DNA of 64,000 nt from Octopus sinensis (GCF_006345805.1 NC_043009.1:11904001-11968000); one strand, 5' to 3'. Shown: positions 40,455 through 55,552, numbered from the stretch's first letter. Program-made: numbers and translations. Notes: generated by a model from the sequence alone, not told the origin.

Positions 40455-41269
40455 ACAACACACACAAACACACACACACATATACATAAACACACACACA
40501 CACACACACACACAAACACCACACACACACACATACACAAACACACAAACACACACCATACACAACACACAAACACACACACACACACAAAAACACCACA
40601 ACACACACACATACACAACACCAAACACCACACAAACACACAACAACCACACACACACACACACACCACACACACACCATACATATATATATATATATAT
40701 ATATTTGCAAGCTTACGCACACAGATGCGGAGAAACGTAGGAAGAGCGCACAAAAAAAACCGAGTGTATGCGATGATGAATGGTGAGAATAATGCAGAAG
40801 AAACCAGGAACAAAGGCAAAAATGAATGAAAGAAAGCTCTTTATCTTGGCTTATTATACGAAATGTGGGCAAATCGCCACCAGGAGAATTGTTTGCCAGC
40901 AACAACACCAGTCGCAAAGGACTTTGCTTTGTTTTTAATATCTAATTCACTGTGTTTGGGTTACGGTTTTAAAATAATAACGACAATTGAGTTAGATGTA
41001 CCGCGTTATTCGTCTCTGTCGGTCAAAGATTCCTGCTGTATTTAATATTTGCAGGTGTAGCACACCCCTTCTCTTACTAACACCAGCTCATTGATCGTCT
41101 CCATTTCCATTGTGTAAACTCTTGATATTTATTTACTATTACGTTGCATTTATGTTGCTGGCATGTTTTCAAGTCTTAAATCTTTGTCTTAAACATGTCT
41201 GTTCTTATGCTATAAGGAAGTATCTTTTTAACCCCCTCTCTCTCTCTCTCTCCTCCTCTCCCTTTCTTA

Positions 41270-41337
<68 letters not shown>

Positions 41338-42105
41338 TGGTTTTATTTTTTCTTGAAGAGTTCGGTTAAACGAGCGAAAGCGGTAATACCGGTCATTTCT
41401 ATTTTGCCTATGGCCAACTCCATCTAATTACTCGACTCGCTAGAAGCAGCAGCCAAGTTTCTTTCATACCACACACCACTATCTAAAACAAAACAAAACA
41501 AACTAACAAAAAAAGTGATATGTTTGATAATATAGTCCTTGATACCATCCGAAAGACGAGATAGTCATGACCAGGTTGCATTTAATCATATCGCTTTTCA
41601 TCTCGATCAGGGCTGACATTATGATAATCGGGAACAACAAACAACAATAATCCATTAAAGTCAAATTAGGCACCGCACAAAGGGTTATAATTCCTTGCAG
41701 CATCTTGAAACTGGTCGTGAATTAGTTGTTCGACGTGGCAAATTTAAATAATCCTGCAGTAAAAGCTACCCTCAATAATCTAGTGTCCTACTCAGGGAAC
41801 AATATATCTCTGCTTGGCTTAATCTTATGGAGTCTGTCTAAAGGTACTGAAACTGCCAGCGTCTTTAGTGAAACAGCTGATGAAGAGTAACTCTTCAGTT
41901 ACTTGTTATTTCTTTCGTTTGATCAGTCTATCATATGATTTTATCATTTTTGCTATGAGCTCTTGGGATTTTGAAATAGTAGTTTAAAGATATGTTTAAA
42001 AGGAATTAACCGACGTTAATAAAATATATGACAGAAAAGAATTTGAAGACCAGTCTTTGAAACTTGACCAATGTTTGGTAATTGTTTCTTGTTCTTTTCT
42101 GTGCA

Positions 42106-42216
<111 letters not shown>

Positions 42217-42520
42217 CCATATATAGGCATGTCATTGGTCGAGTTCGTCATGTGAGCAAAAGAATCAATACATCTTGCATATAATTAATAGTAATGTTGA
42301 ACTTTACAACATGCCTTGTCATGTAACAGGTTGTTTGTTGCGAATGAAATAAAAGGAACGCTTGTTTCATTGCCTGATCATGAAAGCCTTTTCCGACAAC
42401 ATAGAAGCCAGAACCGCTGCCTTTTCTATCAAGACAAGACAAATACTAGCTATCAATAGTAACTTCTACTCAACAGTGACGCGAATAGGGGATAAAGGTA
42501 TACGTATAAACTCAGTCTAA

Positions 42521-42893
42521 GCGAGAGCACTCGGAGGGCGCAAACCTCCACCAAGGCAACACCAACGTCCTCTCAACGATTAGCCAGAGATGATTTTTAA
42601 AATGAGAATATCTGAAATAAACTCGACTGCTTTCACAAAAGAGAGTACCTAAAATGAACCCAACCGCTCTCAAAATTTAAGTGAAAAAAAACAGGCAAAT
42701 TAATCAAGAATCTTTGTCCGGTACCGGATCGATCCCAAAATCTAATCATTTCGTGCCAATCACAAGGCCAAACATCCCTGAAAGTTTCATCCGAATCCAT
42801 CTAGCGGTTCTTGAGATATCTTGTCCACGGACAAACAAACAAACAAACACGACTGAAAACAATACCTCCGACTTCGTTAAGGCGGAGGTAATA
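42521..42893 (+). mobile_element. Non-autonomous Helentron/DINE-1-like element
   Basis: Subterminal inverted repeat ACCTCCACC...GGCGGAGGT, 3' hairpin ACCTCCG...CGGAGGT, internal (CAAA)n. Confidence 0.65.
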
Positions 42894-44409
42894 ACTGTAT
42901 GCACCTCCTATGAGTTGGGGAAATTCCTTAATATATATGCTAAATGATCAGAGACTCGATACAAAGAAGATCAGTTGGACTGGTCTACTTAAGTAAAGTC
43001 TCTGGCTGATAAACATAATCCTCTTGTCAACAGAAAACTATTCACATACACAGATGAGTATTGGCACAAATTCTGCAAACTTCTCGACGCCAGCAATATT
43101 GGCAGGTAGGGTATCTCCTCTTGCAAGACACGTTACATCCCACCTAAAGTAGCCAATGTATTTCATAAACAGGAAATAGCTGTTAAATACCTCTTTTAGA
43201 ATATGTCGATTGTGCCATAGCAGTGTGATGTATATCACCTCCTAATCAGTAAATGCCACAAATTTCTGCAAGGTTACTTACCACCTCCCTATAAAACATG
43301 GCATTGTTACAAAGACTGTATATAAACGTTGTCTAAAAGACAATTTATTTATTTATTTATTTATTTATATTCGGTATGTGAACAATAGCGTCGTTGGTTT
43401 TGAATATTCAAGTGCCCAATAGCTTGTTCTCTGAATTTCATGGTGAGTACGATGGGGGGGGGTGTTATGTAGCTCGGCGTAGTACAAATATCAATAGGAA
43501 ATTTTGTTCGAAGAGCACCGGTTTTTTGATTTTGTTACTAATATTTACAACCTTCACATATATATATTGCATATACACCCCCCATACACACAATAATTAT
43601 GTTTACACACACTTGCCCGTGAAAGATTCTCGTTCAGTTTCTTCTTACCAAATCTACTCATAAGGCACTGAAGAGCTCCAAATTATGGAAGAAGACACGA
43701 AGACACTTAGTCAAGGTACACAGTAGTATCGAACTCGAAACCAAGTGGTTACACAACGAACTTCTTAACTGAATTGCCATGACTAAATCCATATACTTAA
43801 AAAACAACGCACGCTTCAAAGTGAATGTATTCACGTATAGGAAGAAAAGAAAAGCAATACCGACGGTCTATCTTGATATTGCTTTGATTCTGGACGTTGT
43901 TTCCTACTTCTAATATTAGAGTAAGAAACGACAATGTAGAGTTCAGCTGCTCAGTAGATTGTTAGCATACTGCCTACATTTACAGGAAAGATCATCGATG
44001 ATGAACACATGCTACACTAGAAAATTACATTTCTCACACTATTTCGGGTTTTCATTTGTGAGTGGGATTGCGTATCTGTCGATGAACAAACATGTGTGTG
44101 CACACGAACGAGTGTTTATGACTGTGTGTGTATATGCGTGTGTTTGTATGTGTGCGCGTGCGCGCGTGCATGCATGATATATACATATATACATGCATGG
44201 TATACACGTATATATATGAATATATGTATATATTATCTATGTAAATATATATATATAAATATGTATATATAGAAATATTAGAATGGTTGTATACTGTCAA
44301 TCTAACGTGAACGTGACAGTAGGGGGTTACACCACCGCTGTTTAGCCCTTGGAAGCATCGACGCCTCCTGATGGCTTTGACACATTTTTCCTGTGTCCTT
44401 ATATACATT

Positions 44410-44450
<41 letters not shown>

Positions 44451-45289
44451 CATTTGCATGCATATATATGTATACATACATGCATTATATATATATAAAT
44501 AGAGAGAGAGAGAGAAAGAGAGACAGAGTGAGAGAGAGATGCATGTGCGTGAGTACATGCGTGTGTGCGCTTGTGTATGTGTGTGCATGTGTGTACGTGC
44601 ACAAGGTGTGTATATGCTGAGATGTGTGTTGATATAACTCGGTTACATCAACCCATTTTAATACAAATGACTACATAAGAAACCTGTGTACGTCTGGTGA
44701 AGATCTCTTTTTTGGTGCGTATGTGTGTGTGTGTATGGGATCATGTGTCTATGTGGGGATGTGTATAAGTATGGAAATGTTGAACATAGGAAGGATAGAG
44801 GCGGATAGACAGAGGAACGAAGTTTGGGGACAGACGAAACGCTTCTGCTACTCGTAGGGATGTCTATATGTGCGACTGATTAGAAGGAACTGTTACTGTA
44901 TGTGTCTATGCGTAAAGGATTATTTTTTTCTTTTGGGCGACGTAAACTAAAATCTGGCAGATATCTTCAGGAACACCCGTGTTTATGAATGTGTGTGTTT
45001 ATAACTATGCTTGCGTGCGTGCGTGCTCGAATGTGTGTGTGTATGTGAACGTGTGTATGTGTATGTATGCGTATGTACGCATGTGTATGTATATGCAATC
45101 AAAACGGGTAAATGTAGTAAACCACGAGATAAATAGCTACAGTTGGTGGGGGTTGGGTTGAATGTAACGTATAAGGAGGGAAGTGATGAAGATGGGCTAT
45201 AGAATATGTCTGTATGTGTAAGGTGGATATAGAATGTACGTATGTGTGTATGTATGCGTATCTATGTGCATGAAAGCGGAAAGTGAAAC

Positions 45290-45594
45290 CTCTCGAAAGA
45301 GCTGTTCTTCACTCCTGCTCCAGCGTCGGCTGCGGGGTCACTCCGAAAAGCTCTATCTGAGACGATTTCATCTCAATCGAAGGAGAGGGGTTTTCTCCGT
45401 CCGGGTTGCGGATCCGTGGAATAAGCTGCCGGACGAGGTGGTGAAGATGCCGACGACTGCTCGGTTCAAAGTCTCCCTTGACCACAAAAGGCCTGAACTT
45501 TTTGCATGAACACCACCCCGTACATAACTCCATGACCCCCTACATGGCCTTGCTTTTTGCTTTTTGAGCCAAAATTAACTTAACTTAACTTAAC
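45290..45594 (+). mobile_element. CR1/L2-type LINE 3' end
   Basis: HSEKLYLRRFHLNRRRGVFSVRVADPWNKLPDEVVKMPTTARFKVSLD matches the ORF2 C-terminal FSxRVxxxWNxLP motif; short UTR and (TAACT)n tail follow. Confidence 0.85.
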
Positions 45595-45597
45595 ATG

Positions 45598-45883
45598 ATG
45601 AGTACACAGAAATACAGCGTGTGAGAGAGTGGGCACAGGCTGTGTGTCTGTATATGTATACAGGGCCGGCCCAAGGGTTGCTGGCGTCCCGGGCAAGCTG
45701 GGCTTCGGAGTGTACAAGCTGACGGTCGTGGAGGTTTTCTTGTCCCACCCTCCTTGGCGCCCTCTAGCCCTAGGCATACCCGGGCAATTTCCGAGTTGCC
45801 GGTACCTTGAGCCGGCCCTGTATACATACACAGACACATAGTCTGTGCCCACTCTCTCACACTCTGTATTTCTGTATACCCAT
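45598..45883. mobile_element. Foldback/MITE with ~79-bp inverted arms (inner TIR CAGGGCCGGC[C/T]CAAGG)
   Basis: 45598-45676 is the reverse complement of 45805-45883 with about 7 mismatches. Confidence 0.85.
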
Positions 45884-45939
45884 AATATATCCACTTTACA
45901 CACACTGACACACACACACACACACATACATATACATAC

Positions 45940-45978
<39 letters not shown>

Positions 45979-46861
45979 CACACACACAAGCTAACAGATT
46001 ATCCTGGCGAAAACACCTCATGTCCTCTCTATGTATGAGTGTGTGTGTGTGCGTGTACGTGTATGTGTGTCAGTATAGTTAGATAGATAGATCTGTCAGG
46101 TGGAAGTGTGTGTATGTGTGTGTGTGTGAATGAGTGAGGTTAGTATAGAGTGTTTATATATGAAATAGAAATAAAATATCTATGTGTGAGTGAAGTGGAT
46201 GTTAAGCTTACATCATTTATATGTAAGAGTAGAAATGCTGATGTTTAACCCCAGGAAAGATCTTATCAAGTAGACCGATGATCATAATGATTCCGGCCAA
46301 AGCCAACTATATTAATTAAAACTAATTTTATCCAGTAGGTTCTTCTTTTTCTTTAAACGATAAAGTTTTCAGTTCATGATAGACTTGACGATTATTTTTA
46401 GCAGATCGGATGATCACTTGGGGGGGCTTCATCGTAATTTGAATGAGTATGATGCATGTATTCCGGGGTCATTTAATGTATGTATGTAAATGTAGTGTGT
46501 GTCACGAATGTAAAAGTGTGTGCGTGTGTGTGTGTGTGGAGGGGCAATTAGTATATGCGTGTATAGCGTGCAATTGTGTATGTATGTGTGTGTTGATGCG
46601 TGTTAATTATATATATACAGGGAAGGCCAAAAGTCACGCACTAAGATTCAAAACTCGTTTAACACACAGTGTACATTTCAAATAAGCAATCCTTGAAATT
46701 TAATTACAAAGCAAAAATAGTAACGATGGATACACACGTACTTGTATATGATGAACAGAATGAATAATAATAATAATAATAATAATAATGATAATAATAA
46801 TAATAATGATAATAATAATAATAATAATAATTATAATAATAATAATTATAATAATAATAAT

Positions 46862-46939
<78 letters not shown>

Positions 46940-46976
46940 AACGTAATATATATATATATATAGAGAGAGATAGATT

Positions 46977-47058
<82 letters not shown>

Positions 47059-47903
47059 TAGATAGATATCGATATAGATATATACAAGAGTTAAAGAATG
47101 GAGCAGATAAGATCCGGGTTCTATATGTTTCATACCGAGGAGAACCTCGGAAGTCGTAAATATCCACAACTTTCCATCTCAATCAACCATTATTGACCCC
47201 GAAATTTGCTTTTTTTATATTTACAACGGATTGCTTGAAGCTAACTTTCTTCCTACACCTCGATCCCTGGATCTTACATTTGCGTGTATGTGTGCGTACG
47301 TGTGTGTGTGTGTGTGTGTGTGTAGTAACTTTTGGCCCACCCTCCATAAGTGTATGGCGTTGTGCAGTGTGTGTAATGTCTGTAAGAAATGTAATGCAAA
47401 TAATGTGTTTATTATATAAAATCCGTTCTGTCTGTATGTGTGTCTTTTAGGATCTCGGGCATCCTCCATCCAATTGCGCTCAAATTTGATATGTAGATAC
47501 CGACGGTATCAGGGTGTGTATAAGTCTTGAAAAAATTACAAAAATCGATTCCAGGTGAGAATGCGATCGATAAAGCCGTGGGAACGTGCATTTGTAAAAT
47601 CGTTTTTCTTGGAATAGAAAAAAAGTATATCTTTATTTCTTCTTTTGCTGGCGTCTCAAATTTAGGTTAAATCAGTGTTTCTCAAAGGGGAGGCCTGTGG
47701 GACGGTTGGACAAGTTGTTTTGAGAAAATTTGGTTTAAATGTTTGACAACTCAGCACCGTCCATTGGACGGCGGGGGGGGGCGTTTTGCTCGTAGCCTAT
47801 AATACGTATATAGAATGTATATAGCGTATATTGTAGGCGTACACTATGGTCTTGCTAGTTTCTGCGCTTACAGTATATGTAACTGTATGGTGAGTTAGTT
47901 TTA

Positions 47904-48304
47904 GGTGCAGGAGTGGCTGTGTGGTAAGTAGCTTGCTTACCAACCACATAGTTCCGGGTTCAGTCCCACTGCGTGGCACCTCGGGCAAGTGTCTTCTACA
48001 ATAGCCTCGGGCCGACCAAAGCCTTGTGAGTGGATTTGGTAGACGGAAACTGAAAGAAGCTCGTTCTATATATATGTATGTGTGTGTGTATGTGTGTGTC
48101 TGTGTTTGTCCCCCCCAACATCGCTTGACAACCGATGCTAGTGTGTTTACAGTCTCCGTAACTTAGCGGATCGGCAGAAGAGTCCGATAGAATAAGTACT
48201 AGACTTACAAAGAATAAGTCCTGGGATCGATTCGTTCGACTAAAGGCGGTGCTTCAGCATGGCCGCAGTCAAATGACTGAAACAAGTAAAAGAGTAAAAG
48301 AGTA
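47904..48304 (+). mobile_element. SINE family B
   Basis: Full-length match to the family. Confidence 0.92.
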
Positions 48305-49323
48305 TACATGCATACATAAATATGCGTGTATGTGTGTGTGTGTGTATGTATGTATGTATTTATATTCATACATACATATAAATGTATGTATGCATATATG
48401 TATATATATATGTAAGCTGTCTGTATGTGTGTATGCGTGTGTATGTATATATATATATATATACATACACACACATATACATACATATATATATATATAC
48501 ATACATACACACATACATAAATACATACATATATACATACATACTGTACATACATACATATATACATACATACATATATACATACATACATACATACATA
48601 CATAAATACATACATACATACATACATACATACATACATACATACATACAACACACACATAATATATATATATATATATATGTGGTATATGTGTAGGTGT
48701 GTTGAATAAGTGCTGTTGGGGTACTGCTGCTAAGCACCACACCAGTCCTGGTTGAGTACTATGATAATAAAATGGACTCCAGCCATGCCCATCACTTCTT
48801 TTCTTTCCTTTGTGAAGGGAACTCATGCTCAGATGACCCAAGTGCCCCTCTATTTAAAGATTGTAAGGTGCGATCTAAAGGAGACGTGTGAGTTATTTCT
48901 AGCATAAACAAAGGACCACATTGAAGCCTTCTCTCTCGTTGGTTCCTCGTTGGGTGTAGCGTGTGCATAGCACGTATCGTGAGTGTGGTGCGTGGTGTGC
49001 GTGTGTGTGTGTGTAGTATACAAATACACATACGTATGTATGTAGGTATGTGCGGGTGCGTGTGTGTTAGTGTGAAGAAACCAAGGGACTGGTAATTGAC
49101 CTAGATAGAGTCTTGAAAACAAACATACAGTAAAGAAATGTGAGAAGGACCTCGCTTTCCTCCTCCCTTCCCCCTTTTTTTATCCCTTTTTCTTTTTCTT
49201 TTCCCTTTTTTTCTTTTACTTCTCCATCTCTCATAAACAAGTGCGCACGCGCTTAAACGTGCGCCCGTGACTGCATTCATATATGCATATGCGCTTGTAT
49301 ATATACATACATACATACTTACA

Positions 49324-49412
<89 letters not shown>

Positions 49413-49829
49413 TATATATGTATATATATGTATATAGGTATATATATATATATATATATATGTATCTATATTCTCATCTCTTTCTGTGTATATATATATA
49501 TATATACATATATAGGGCGGTGCCCCAGCATGGCCTCAGCCGGATGGCTGAAACAAGTAAAAGAGTAAAAGAGTATATACACACACATATATATATACAC
49601 AAACATATATATATATACACACACACACACATATATATATGTGTGTGTGTGTGTGTGTTGTGTGTGTGTGTATGTGTGTGTAAGTGATTATGTGCATGTA
49701 TGAGTGTGTGTGAATGTTCGTGGATGTGTGTGAGTGAATGCGTTGAAAGAAACCCTCATTTGCGTTCTTGCGTTTCTCTGTACAAGTGTGTATATGTGTT
49801 TGTGTTTATGTGTATGCGTGCATACATGC

Positions 49830-49865
<36 letters not shown>

Positions 49866-49869
49866 ATGC

Positions 49870-49903
<34 letters not shown>

Positions 49904-50360
49904 ACAGACAGTGTCGTCCCAACCACATTATCAGAACCCCGGGCGAAGCAAATCACTAGGGCTCCTGCATGCACAACTGCAGCATACATAGATTAGCATA
50001 GCAGCCGTGGGGCCATGGAGCCCTCACCCGGCTGGCTACCCGGGGTGACCACGTCTTCAGACGTCATTACTTGTGAATGTGCGTGCGTGCGTGCGTGCGT
50101 GCATATATTTCTTTGTATGCGTGTGTGTGCTTATGTGTGTCTGTATTCATCCCTGCATCTGTGTGTGTGTATATATGTGTGTCTATGCAATCGTACACGC
50201 TTGTGTGTTTGTGTGCTTCCCCACAGGTCTTCTTTGCGTATATAACTATGTGTGCATCTATGTCGCTGGCGTCTATGTATGCATACTTCTGTGTATGAGA
50301 GTGTGTGTCTGTGTGTGTGTGTGCATGTATATGTATGTATGCATGTATGTATATATGCAT

Positions 50361-50589
50361 GCGGTGAGCTGGCAGAGACGTTAGCACACCGGGCGAAGTG
50401 CTTCGCGGTATTTCGCCCGTCGCTACGTTCTGAGTTCAAATTCCGCCGAGGTCGACTTTGCCTTTCATCCTTTCGGGGTCGATAAATTAAGTACCAGTTA
50501 CGCACTGGGGTCGATGTAATCGACTTAATCCGTGTGTCTGTCCTTGTTTGTCCCCTCTATGTTTAGCCCCTTGTGGGTAGTAAAGAAAC
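50361..50589 (+). mobile_element. SINE family A with 15-bp TSD
   Basis: TSD GTATATATGCATGCG at 50349-50363 and 50590-50604. Confidence 0.92.
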
Positions 50590-50687
50590 GTATATATGCA
50601 TGCGTATATGCCTCTGGTTTTGAGTTTCTGCGTGCATGTATGTCTAGTTTTTCATATATGCATACCACTGTATGGGTCTCTCTCTCC

Positions 50688-50721
<34 letters not shown>

Positions 50722-50730
50722 GTATATATA

Positions 50731-50764
<34 letters not shown>

Positions 50765-51676
50765 ACATAGAGCCTTAAATACGCACATACCTCTATGCAC
50801 ACACGCACGCACGTACATATATGTATATGATATAAATATGTATGTATGCACGTATGTTTGTATGTACACATGCATGCATGCATGTATGTATGTATGTATG
50901 TATGCATGCATACATGTATGCGTGTACGCTTGCCTGCGTACGTATGTGTCTGTGCGTGCATGCTTGCGTGTGCATGTGCACACAGGCCTCGCTATCGGTG
51001 TATGCGAGAATATCTTTCTGAATGCGTGTTTGTGCACGTGCACATGTATGTATATCTCTGCTTACGTTTTGTGCATATGCGCGTGCATGCTTTGTATGTG
51101 TATGCGTAAAGAATTCTGCACCTACATGTGCATGCCTACATGCATGCATGTCTGCATCTGCGCACATGCATATCTCTATTAACGTGTGTATCTAACTATG
51201 TGTACGTACATGCATGTGGGGTGAATGTGTGTTCATACGCCTCTATGCGTGAATATGTCTGTGTGTGTGTGTGTGTGTGTGCGTACGCGTAGAGGCATGT
51301 GCGAATGTATACGCGCGTACATACCTCTGTGCATGTATGTATATGCAATGTACGTCTGTGTGTCCGTGTGCACAGACATGTGCAAATACATGTGTGTGTA
51401 CAAGGTTCTACGTATCTATATGTATATGTAATGTACTTCATGTGCATTCGTATGTATAGACTTGTGCAAGTGTATATGCGTGTGGCAGGCTCTATGTATT
51501 TATATGCAGTGTACGTGTACGTGTGTGTACGTACAGACATGTACGATCGAATGTGAGCGTACAAACCTCAGTGTACGTACGGTGTGGGGGTGCTGAAAAA
51601 TTCTTGGCTTTAGGTGAAAGAAAATGAAGGAGGGTCAGTTAATTATGAGTCTCTCCAGCATATACCCTTCTCAAAT

Positions 51677-51895
51677 ATAGGCGGCGAGCTGGCAGAAACG
51701 TTAGCACGCCGGGCAAAATGCGTAGCCGTGTTTCGTCTGCCGTTACGTTCTGAGTTCAAATTCCGCCGAGGTCGACTTTGCCTTGCATCCCTTCGGGGTC
51801 GATAAATTAAGTACCAGTTACTCACTGGGGTCAATGTAATCGACTTAATCCGTTTGCCCCCTCTATGTTTAGTCCCTTGTGGGTAGTAAAGAAAT
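51677..51895 (+). mobile_element. SINE family A with 17-bp TSD
   Basis: TSD ATATACCCTTCTCAAAT at 51660-51676 and 51896-51912; an empty paralogous site lies at 53559-53575. Confidence 0.94.
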
Positions 51896-52370
51896 ATATA
51901 CCCTTCTCAAATTCATGCACTTATTGCAGAGCTCCTTCTGTTTTTTTTTGTTGTTTTTTCTTTTTCCTAGGCCCTGTAAAAGAACTCGGAAGGCTGGGGC
52001 TCCAACCAGGCCTTTTCGCGACACCCTTAAAGCCAGGAACTTTTCAAACATACACCCCACCCCGCCCCAACCTACCCCCGTATATATCTATGGCTGTGTT
52101 CATGTGTAATGTACGGAAACTGTAGAAAGACAGATGTGTAAGATCAAGTATATCAGGAAAAAATTAAAAAAAAGTCACTCGCCTAACTACGCTACCTATA
52201 CCTTTTACCATCCCATCTCCTCCCAAAATTCCCCCAAAACTCTGTCTGCTTTTAAACTCTCAGCCACCACCAATCTCTTCTCTTTAGTTTATTATTTTGC
52301 TTCTCAGTATTCATTCAATTATCTTGGTTATCGTCGCCGTCATCATCATCATCATCATCATCATCATTAA

Positions 52371-52423
<53 letters not shown>

Positions 52424-52455
52424 GTATTATTATTATTATCATCATTATTATTATT

Positions 52456-52503
<48 letters not shown>

Positions 52504-52872
52504 TATTATTATTATTATCATTATAATTATTATTATTATTATCAGTATTATTATATTATTATTGTTGTTGTTGTTGTTATTATTATTATTATTATCATTT
52601 GTGTGGATGAATCTGCCGGATTTAATATTTTTTTACGAATAAGTCTTCTTGTATTTCTGCCCTTGTTATTTTCTGCTGCCGCCGCTGCTGCTGCTGCTGC
52701 TGTCGTTGTTATTGTTATTGAAGATCCCCAGTCTTGAGCAGACAGAAGAATGGTATGGTATGTATGTGTGTATGCATGTTTGCATGTATGTATGTATGTA
52801 TGTACGTATGTATGGATGGATGGATGGATGGATGTACGTATGTATGAATGTCTGTCTGTCTGTATGTATGTA

Positions 52873-52946
<74 letters not shown>

Positions 52947-54326
52947 AGAGTTAGGAGATGCTGGTGATTGTTGACATGAAACTAAACCTTAGTATTTTCT
53001 TAAGCCTTCCTAACTTCAGCAGGGCCGTTTTATTTATTATAACAAGTCTCTTCAATAAAACTGCATGTTGTGCATTTGAAAAATACCCAGAAATTACTTA
53101 ACAAGAATGTGGGTTGATGTGGGAAGGGCATGATGGCCCGGGCTGCTACAGAGAAGGGAAAAACGAACCCCTACCTCATCGAAACATGACGAATTTATAT
53201 TATCCATAGAACCTTGGTGATGCGGTGCCCATATCTTATCTTGTGATTGTGTTTTGATACTATATGAAGAAGGATTGGCGACAATGGTGGAATCCCATAG
53301 TGTTGGCGTTGTTGTTGTTGTTGTTGTAATTGTTGTTCGTGTAGATGATTAACCCCCAGATCGCCCCCCCCTACCGAGCCCTTTCCTTATTAACATGGTA
53401 CGGTGTGATTTGAGATAGATATGTCTGCTGTTTGTAGCAGGTTAAACGACCACACATTGGGTTCTGTTATCGGGTCTGTTACTATGGTAGGCACCCATGG
53501 CAACGAAGCCTGTCTATCCGGCAAAATGTCCATGTTACCATGGTAATTTCTCTCCAGCATATACCCCTCTCAAATTCATGCACTTATTGCAGCGCTCCTT
53601 CTGTTTTTTTCTGGGGTTTTTTTCCTAAGCCCTGTAAAAGAACTCGGAAGGCGACACCCTTAAAGCCATGGTGGTGTCGGCGGCGGTGGCGGTGACGGTG
53701 ATGGTGGTGGTGATGGTGGTGGACTGGATGATGATAATGATGATGGTAATGATAATAATCTGTTTTCAATATCGCTAAGAATAAATTGAACAACAACAAC
53801 AAAAATAAAACTAATGCCCTAAGAAACCAGAGATGATCTGAGTTATCAAGTAGCATTTAATAAAATACTTGAAATAAATCAAGTTAGGGCAATGAGTTCC
53901 CTATTAAAAAGACTGGAGCAGGACCCTTCTAGCTAATATAATATAACATAATATAATATCATATATATATACATATATATATATGTATATACTTTAATTA
54001 TCGTATCCCGGAAAAAGAGCAAAATGTTCCCATCCCGTCGTTACTTAATTGCATTCTTGTATCTATTATCAGAACGAGCGAGTTGAAACTTTTGGTTAAT
54101 CAACCAATCACGGAGTGAGTTGTGTAAACAAATATCTTCCATGTGCCTGCTGTTTGTTTTCATCCTGACAGCCTATATTTACGACTTCTTGCTCAGCTTC
54201 CAGTGCTGCTCTTACGTAGCTTATCTGTACATTTACCGACCTCTCTGTCGCCCCTCCTCTTCTCCTTCTCCTTCTTCTTCTTCTGCTCCTTCTGCTTCTT
54301 CACTGTGTACATCTCTGCTGCTCTCT

Positions 54327-54813
54327 TTACTCTTTACTCTTTTACTCTTTTACTTGTTTCAGTCATTTGACTGTGGCCATGCTGGAGCACCGCCTTTAGT
54401 CGAGCAAATCGACCCCGGGACTTATTCTTTGTAAGCCCAGTACTTATTCTATCGGTCTCTTTTGCCGAACCGCTAAGTGACGGGGACGTAAACACACCAG
54501 CATCGGTTGTCAAGCAATGCTAGCGGGACAAACACAGACACAAACATACATACATACATATATATATTATATATATATATATATTATATATATATATATA
54601 TATTATATATATATAATATATAATATATATTATATATATATATATACATATATACGACAGGCTTCTTCAGTATCCGTCTACCAAATCCACTCACAAGGCA
54701 TTGGTCGGCCCGGGGATATAGCAGAAGACACTTGCCCAAGATGCCACGCAGTGGGACTGAACCAGTAACCATGTGGTTGGTTAGCAAGCTACTTACCACA
54801 CAGCCACTCCTGC
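54327..54813 (-). mobile_element. SINE family B
   Basis: Full-length reverse-complement match. Confidence 0.92.
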
Positions 54814-55513
54814 TGCTTGTTTGTTTGTTTATTTGTTTGTTGAGCGAAGCGGTCTTCGTCCCAGAGCTCGCAGGATCGTGCCTCTGTAGTGGGAGAAGTC
54901 CGAAACGTGGTCCTTTGCTATTCGTAAGATATTTGTTTCATATCATATCAATGGCCAAGGAAGAAGAATCAGCACTATTCTAGGTACTAAAAACATCAAA
55001 TAGGACAGTGACAACGAGTAGAGACATTAACTGCCGAGATTCCCTTGTTAGCTGCCAATCGAATAATTTCATGATATTGACACCTAACACAGGGTCACTA
55101 CTTCATACGGTGTCAAACAGCGATAAAGAATATAGCCTAATGTTGTTTGTGAATATATATTTGTAGCAGGGATGCGTATCCTAAACTTATAAATCGAAAC
55201 CACAACCATATATGGTGAAAAATGAAACATATAGATTAAAATAATTATAAATCAAGCAAAAAAAACAACAACAACAACAAAAAAAAAACGCATTTTGATT
55301 GAAAAGATTAAACATTAATAGAATGATATATCTGTGTGATGTAAGCATTGAAAAGAAAGAGAGAGAGACAGAAAAATAGACAGACAGACAGAAAGATAGA
55401 TAAATAGATAGATATACAGAAATATATATGTATATGGTTGCATTCGTAAAGAACGCACACACATGTACACACAAGCACGCGCAGGTAGACATACAGACAC
55501 ACACACTCACACA

Positions 55514-55552
<39 letters not shown>

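Noticed and set aside
40696-40830. Minus frame ...PTFLRICV with a GTAAGC donor
   Set aside because: The similarity to TFFRVCL is superficial, with an upstream stop and no good acceptor. At most it is a UTR exon.
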